Made by a program: the position numbers and the translations under genes
NCBI RefSeq assembly: GCF_964213995.1
Contig: NW_027590128.1
Span: 1,364,001-1,428,000, forward strand
Direction of reading: 5' to 3'
From: Mustelus asterias
Taxonomy: Eukaryota
DNA: 64,000 nucleotides
Notes under the pieces: model-generated
What the model was told of the DNA's origin: nothing
Database searches by the model: none
The model's input: the letters and a program-made list of their open reading frames with translations, nothing else
In this document: positions 59,066 through 64,000 of the stretch, piece by piece
How the letters are laid out: every line of letters begins with the position of its first letter
Position numbering within the stretch: position 1 is the stretch's first letter

Positions 59066-59836
59066 TCTGTGTGTGTGGGTCTGTGTATGTTTTTTTGTTT
59101 TCCCTGAGCAACAGTGTATATCTTTCTCTGCATGTTCTTTTGATACTGCATGTGTGTGTCTGTCTGGGGCTCTGTGTGGGTGTATCCGTGCGTATGATTT
59201 CTGAGATTCTGTTTGTGTGTGTCTGTGTTTGTCTGAGTGTGTGTATTTAGCTGAGAGGCAGCGTGTGTGTATGTGTGTCTGAGTTTGTCTGAGCATTTGT
59301 GTCTGCTCTATGAGAGTGTGTGTGTTTCTATGTGCTTGTTTGAGTGTGTGTATATTTGTGTTGTCTGAGAGTGTGTGTTTGTGTTTGCTTGTCAATGTGT
59401 GTGTGTGTGCCTGTGTGTGTGTTTATCTGACAGTGTGAGTATCTATGCGTGTGCTTGTGTGCATGTATGTATCTGTGTGTGTGCGTGTATATATGTGTGT
59501 GTGTCATTTTGCCTGAGGTAATCTGTGTGTCTTTGTCTACGTCTGTGATTGTGTGTGTGTGTCAGCTTTTGTCTAAGAGAGTTTGCATTTTTGTCTGAGT
59601 GTGTGTGTATGCCTATGGGTGTGTGTTTGTGTGCGTGTATTTGTCTGAGCGTTTGGTTGCGTGTTTGTATGTGTGTTTGTTTCTGATTGTCTGAGTGTGT
59701 GTGCGCGTTTACCTGAGTGTGTGTGCATGTCTGAGTGTGCGTTTTTCTGTGTGCGTGTTTGTTTGAGTGTGTGTGTATGTGCGTGTGTGAGAGTATGTGT
59801 GCGTGAGAGAGAGTGAGAGAGAGAGAGAGAGAGAGA
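59066..59836 (+). repeat. Degenerate (TG)n tract ending in (GA)n
   Basis: Directly visible. Confidence 0.9.
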
Positions 59837-60441
59837 TTCCTCACTATACTCCATGACTGCAAGGTTCTGGTCTTACTGATGGGGCTCCCTTGCACTGAAG
59901 CACTTAGAGTAGCTCCTGCTCATCGCATGCTCACTTTTCGATTAACTCTTTCAGCGCTGAGCCGTTAGGTTCAAATCTGCAGCATACATAAGAACAGATT
60001 AATTTCCATGTCCTGAAACCGTCGAAACAGCCCAGAATGTGCCTTTCTTTCTGCTTTTGGACTCTGCAGTTGTACTTTTGATTCTTGCCGTTTGCAGCCT
60101 AATGTTTGAGTTGTATTGTTTTCTGCACCTCTGGTCATCCAGAGGAAAGACAGAGAGAATCGTGGCATCCGCCTGTTCCCGCTGTGCAATGGGCAGTCAG
60201 CAGGGGGCGGACGTAGGGCGCATCTGGACACTGAAACAGAAATGTTCATGCATTCATATAGGTTGCTCAATAATTAATTCAAATCTGAATAACATATTTG
60301 GAAGGTGGGGATCGTAGGACAATGACCATGTCACTGAAGAGTCCCAGACTAATATTATGGGCACACGGGTTCAATCCAATTCCCCACCCAGCACCCTCAG
60401 TGCACCGAATGCAATTTGAATTTTTGCATTCAGCAATAACT

Positions 60442-60730
60442 TTTAAGTTTATTTATTTGTGTCACAGGTAGGCTTACATTAATACTGCAATAATGTCACT
60501 GTGAAAATCCTCTAGTCGTCACAGTCCGGCGCCTGTTCCAGTACATTGATGTAGAATTTAGCTTGGTCAATGCACCTAACCAGTACATCTTTCAGACTGC
60601 AGGAGGAAACCGGAGCAGACACGGGGGCAACATGCACACTTCGCACAGATAGTGACCCAAGTCAGGAATCGAACCCGGGTCCCTGGTGCTATGATGCAGC
60701 AGTGCTAACCACTATGTTAATGTCCCGCCA
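60442..60730 (-). mobile_element. HE1-like SINE (tail type A)
   Basis: Family match. Confidence 0.8.
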
Positions 60731-61267
60731 ATCTGGGTTTAGATAGGAAGGCGAGAAAGAACATACTTGTTATAGATGGGGTGCACCAAAAGTTCACCAG
60801 ACTGATACTTGGGATTTAAGCATTGTCCTTTGAGGAGAGATTGAGGTGTGCATTCAATTAAATTCTGAAGAATGGGAGATCTCATTGAAAGATATAAAAT
60901 TCTGACAATTGCAGGATTATGACCCAGCAGTACTGAAGGAACTGCCGATATATTTCCAAGTCGGGATGGTGAGTGACTTGGAGGCTGAATCTCCTTTTGA
61001 TGGTGTCCTCAGGTATCTATTGCCCTTGTGTTTTTATCGTGGTAATGGCTGTGGCTGGGGGAAGTATTGTCTGGTGCTCTGGAAACACGAGTTCAAATCC
61101 CACCAACGGTAACAGGTGGAATTTAAATTTAATTAATAAAAATGTAGAATTGAAAATTCGGCTGAATAATAGAGAACTTAAGAAAACTGTCATCCGTTGT
61201 TGCAAAAGCACATTCTGCGCACCAATGTTGTACCAATGCCCACTGGAGTTTGGAAGAAAATGGGGGT

Positions 61268-61648
61268 TCTTATAGAAACGCATACAATTATGAAAGGAAT
61301 AGATAAGATAGAAGCAAGGAGGTTGTTTCCATGGCAGATGAAATTAGAACTAAGGGACAAGATCTCAAAATAAAGATGAGGAGATTTTGGGCTGTGTTGA
61401 GGAGGAACCTCTTCACTTAAATGGCTGTGAATCTATAAATCCCTGCCCAGTGAAGCAGTTGAGGCTACATCGTTAAACGTTTTTAAGGCAAAGATAGATT
61501 TTTGAGCAGTAAAGGAATTCAGGGTTATGGTGAGCGGGCGGGTAAGCGGAGCTGAGCCCATGAAAAAATCAGCCATGATCTTATTGAATGGCGGAGCAGG
61601 CTCGGAGGGCCAGATGGCCTATTCCTGCTTCTAGTTTTTATGTTCTTT
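61268..61648 (+). mobile_element. CR1 3' fragment
   Basis: Paralogous to 58330-58715. Confidence 0.75.
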
Positions 61649-62827
61649 CAGAAAGGAAATCTGCCGACAACCTGGACTATGTGTGAGACAAGACCCAGAG
61701 AAATGTGGCCGACATTTAGCTATCTTCTGAAATGTTTAGTGAGACAAGAGGCGAGAGGCTGCAGCAACCACATGGGGTGGAAGAATATAAATAACTCGTC
61801 ATCTCTTACATCTTCCAGCCCTCATGCAAAGACATCAATCTGAAACCTTAACTCGGTTTCTCACTTGCACAGTTACTGGCTGGCATGATGCAAGCAGCGT
61901 TTCCTGTTTTTGTCTGAAATGCTGCACTTTGGCCTCTTACGTTCACGCTGGTTTCTTCCCTGAAAAGAAATGTGTGGCTCATTTCGAGAATTCCAACGCA
62001 AAGCCTGTTTTCATCCTCACTCGCCCTGCCTACGAGTCCCTCCTTAGCCTGCTGCAATGCTCCACTGAAGCCCCAAGGGTACTCTTTAAAAATAAGGGGT
62101 CGCACGTTTAGGAGAGGAAGAGTGGGGAGGTTTTCCTCTCAGAGGGTCATGTGTCCCTGGAAGTCCCTCCCTCAGAAGGCAGTGGAAGCAGTCTTTCAAT
62201 ATTTTTAAAGGCAGAAGGAGCTAGATTCTTAGTAAACAAGGAGTGTGAAAGGTGATCAGTGTTGGCAGAAGCTTATAATGAGATCGGCCATAATCTTATT
62301 TACTGGCAGAGCAGGCCGGAAGTGACCAACTCCTACTTCTCAGTAGCCTGTATGTTACTGTATACATATTAAAATTTCGCGGTGGCTTGGTAAGGCGCAC
62401 GTGTAAGAGACGTAGCAAGAACTGTTCCTGGAATCGAAGATGAGCAAGTCGGGTTTACATTGCCAATTGTTAGGGTTTGGGATTCATTGTCTCAAAACCA
62501 GAGTAAACATTTTCCGTGGTGACTTTCGAAAGAGAATGATTACAAAATCCAAAATATAACATGTCGAGGGACATGTGCCAACGGTTTTTTTTTAGCTCAT
62601 TGAGATAGCAAGCATGCGCTCGTTAGGCCGAATTGCCTCGTTCTTTAATGTATGAACCGGATGGGTGACAGGATTGACTGGAGTGCAACACTTTCATTTG
62701 ATTCACTAATAGTTGCTGCCTGAAGAATCGGTTAAACAGAAACTTGTTAATTCTTGGATTCTTTCTCAATAATTTTCATTCATTGGGCTATGAGTATTAT
62801 TCGCAAGGCCAAAAATTGTTGCTAGTC

Positions 62828-63050
62828 CGAAATGCAAATTACTGCGGATTCTATAATCCAAAACAAAAACAAAACATTCTGGAATATCTCAGTGGGTCTG
62901 ACAGCATCTGCGGAGAGAGAATAGAGCCAAAGTTTCGAGTCTCGATGACGATTCGTCAGGGCCATCCGGACTCGAAACGCTAACACTATTCCCTCTTCAC
63001 AGATGATGTCAGAGCTGCAGAGCTTTTCCAGCATTTTCTGGTTTTGTATT
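62828..63050. mobile_element. Old fold-back element derived from the second PLE family, with hammerhead remnant (62925-62963, minus)
   Basis: Imperfect inverted arms around the centre; minus strand GGCC-CTGACGA-ATCGTCATCGAGACTC-GAAA-CTTT-GGCT resembles 37656-37694. Confidence 0.65.
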
Positions 63051-63121
63051 GCTCTTGTTAATTGCCCTTGAACAGTACAGTTTGCTAATGGCCATCTCAG
63101 ATGATAGTTCACAGTCAACCA

Positions 63122-63442
63122 GGGGAGGGAATGGCGAGTAATATTATCGCTAGAGTATCAATCCAAAAACTCAGCTAATGTTCTGGGGTCCCATGTTTGA
63201 AACACAATCCAATAAAAATATCTGAAATTTCGAATCTACTGATGACAGTGAAATCATTGCCAATTGTCAGAAAAAAACATTTGGGTCACTATGTCCTTTG
63301 GGGAAGGAAATCTGCCGTGCTTACCTGGTTTGGCCAACACGTGAGTCCAGAGCCACATCAATGTGGTTGACTGTCAACTGCCCTCCAAGGGCAACTGGAG
63401 ATGGGCAATAAACGCCCATGTTCCATGAATTAATAAAAAAAT
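63122..63442 (+). mobile_element. Second tRNA-derived SINE family copy
   Basis: Paralogous to 27270-27545; AATAAAAAAA tail. Confidence 0.55.
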
Positions 63443-64000
63443 ACTGTGTGTCAGGAGTCACATGAAGCCAGTCGGTGTAAAGACCGCAGATTTTCTTTCT
63501 TAAGGCGGGGAAGCAAGTGATTTCGCTCGACTGGATTGAGGAGTTGGGACGGGGTGATACGAGGAAAGATCAGACAGAGTCCATTGGAGTACAGAAGATT
63601 GAGTGATGATTTTTTGAAACATATATGATCCTTTGGGCGGGTGGGTGGCGGGGGGTGGGGGGGGGGGGGAGGTGGGGGGGAGGGTCGGAGGGGTGATGGG
63701 GACAGCGGTGTGAGGGTGGAAGTTGACAGAATGTTTAACCTTTGCGGGACAGATAGGAAAGAGGGCGAAGAAGAGAGGAATTGTTTCTTCTCTCACATGC
63801 CTGTGTGCTTTTGGAACTGTCTTATGCAGAAATCTCCTGCAGCTTCAGTCGCTGGGAAAGTCTCTGAAAATATTCATGCTTGTCGACAATTGGCAACATC
63901 TGGCCTCTCACTCCTCCCCCCGCACTGCTTAACTGCCACCTCGCTGCTGGAGTTTCCAGTCCCGGGTGATTAAACCACACGTTCTGGTCTTTGAGTAAAC

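Noticed and set aside
54891-59895. His/Thr-rich and Cys/Val-rich ORFs
   Set aside because: Translations of degenerate (TG/CA)n tracts.

Overview
Eukaryotic DNA from a cartilaginous fish, most likely a shark (inferred from HE1-type SINEs, abundant CR1/L2/Rex1/Penelope retroelements and shark-like TCR V segments). Three zones. (1) 1-32 kb is a cluster of C2H2 zinc-finger genes with no visible KRAB or other effector domain: three intact arrays (14, 13 and 10 fingers), one nonsense-split gene and several relics. They share paralogous CpG-island promoters, first exons, acceptors and finger-derived 5' UTRs, and a 1.7-kb ~34-bp satellite lies among them. (2) 33-40 kb holds an intron-containing EMC4 pseudogene and a decaying ~1.1-kb tandem tRNA-Val array. 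(3) 42-53 kb holds four TCR alpha/delta-type V segments with 23-bp-spacer RSS or RSS remnants. Each has a lesion, but one minus-strand V missed by the ORF track has an open exon and a near-consensus RSS. Penelope-like retroelements scattered through the window carry minimal type I hammerhead ribozymes with covarying stems, and their insertion ends coincide with the element's own start codon. The last 10 kb is mostly LINE/SINE debris and TG-rich low-complexity sequence. Calls were made by eye; repeat boundaries are approximate.
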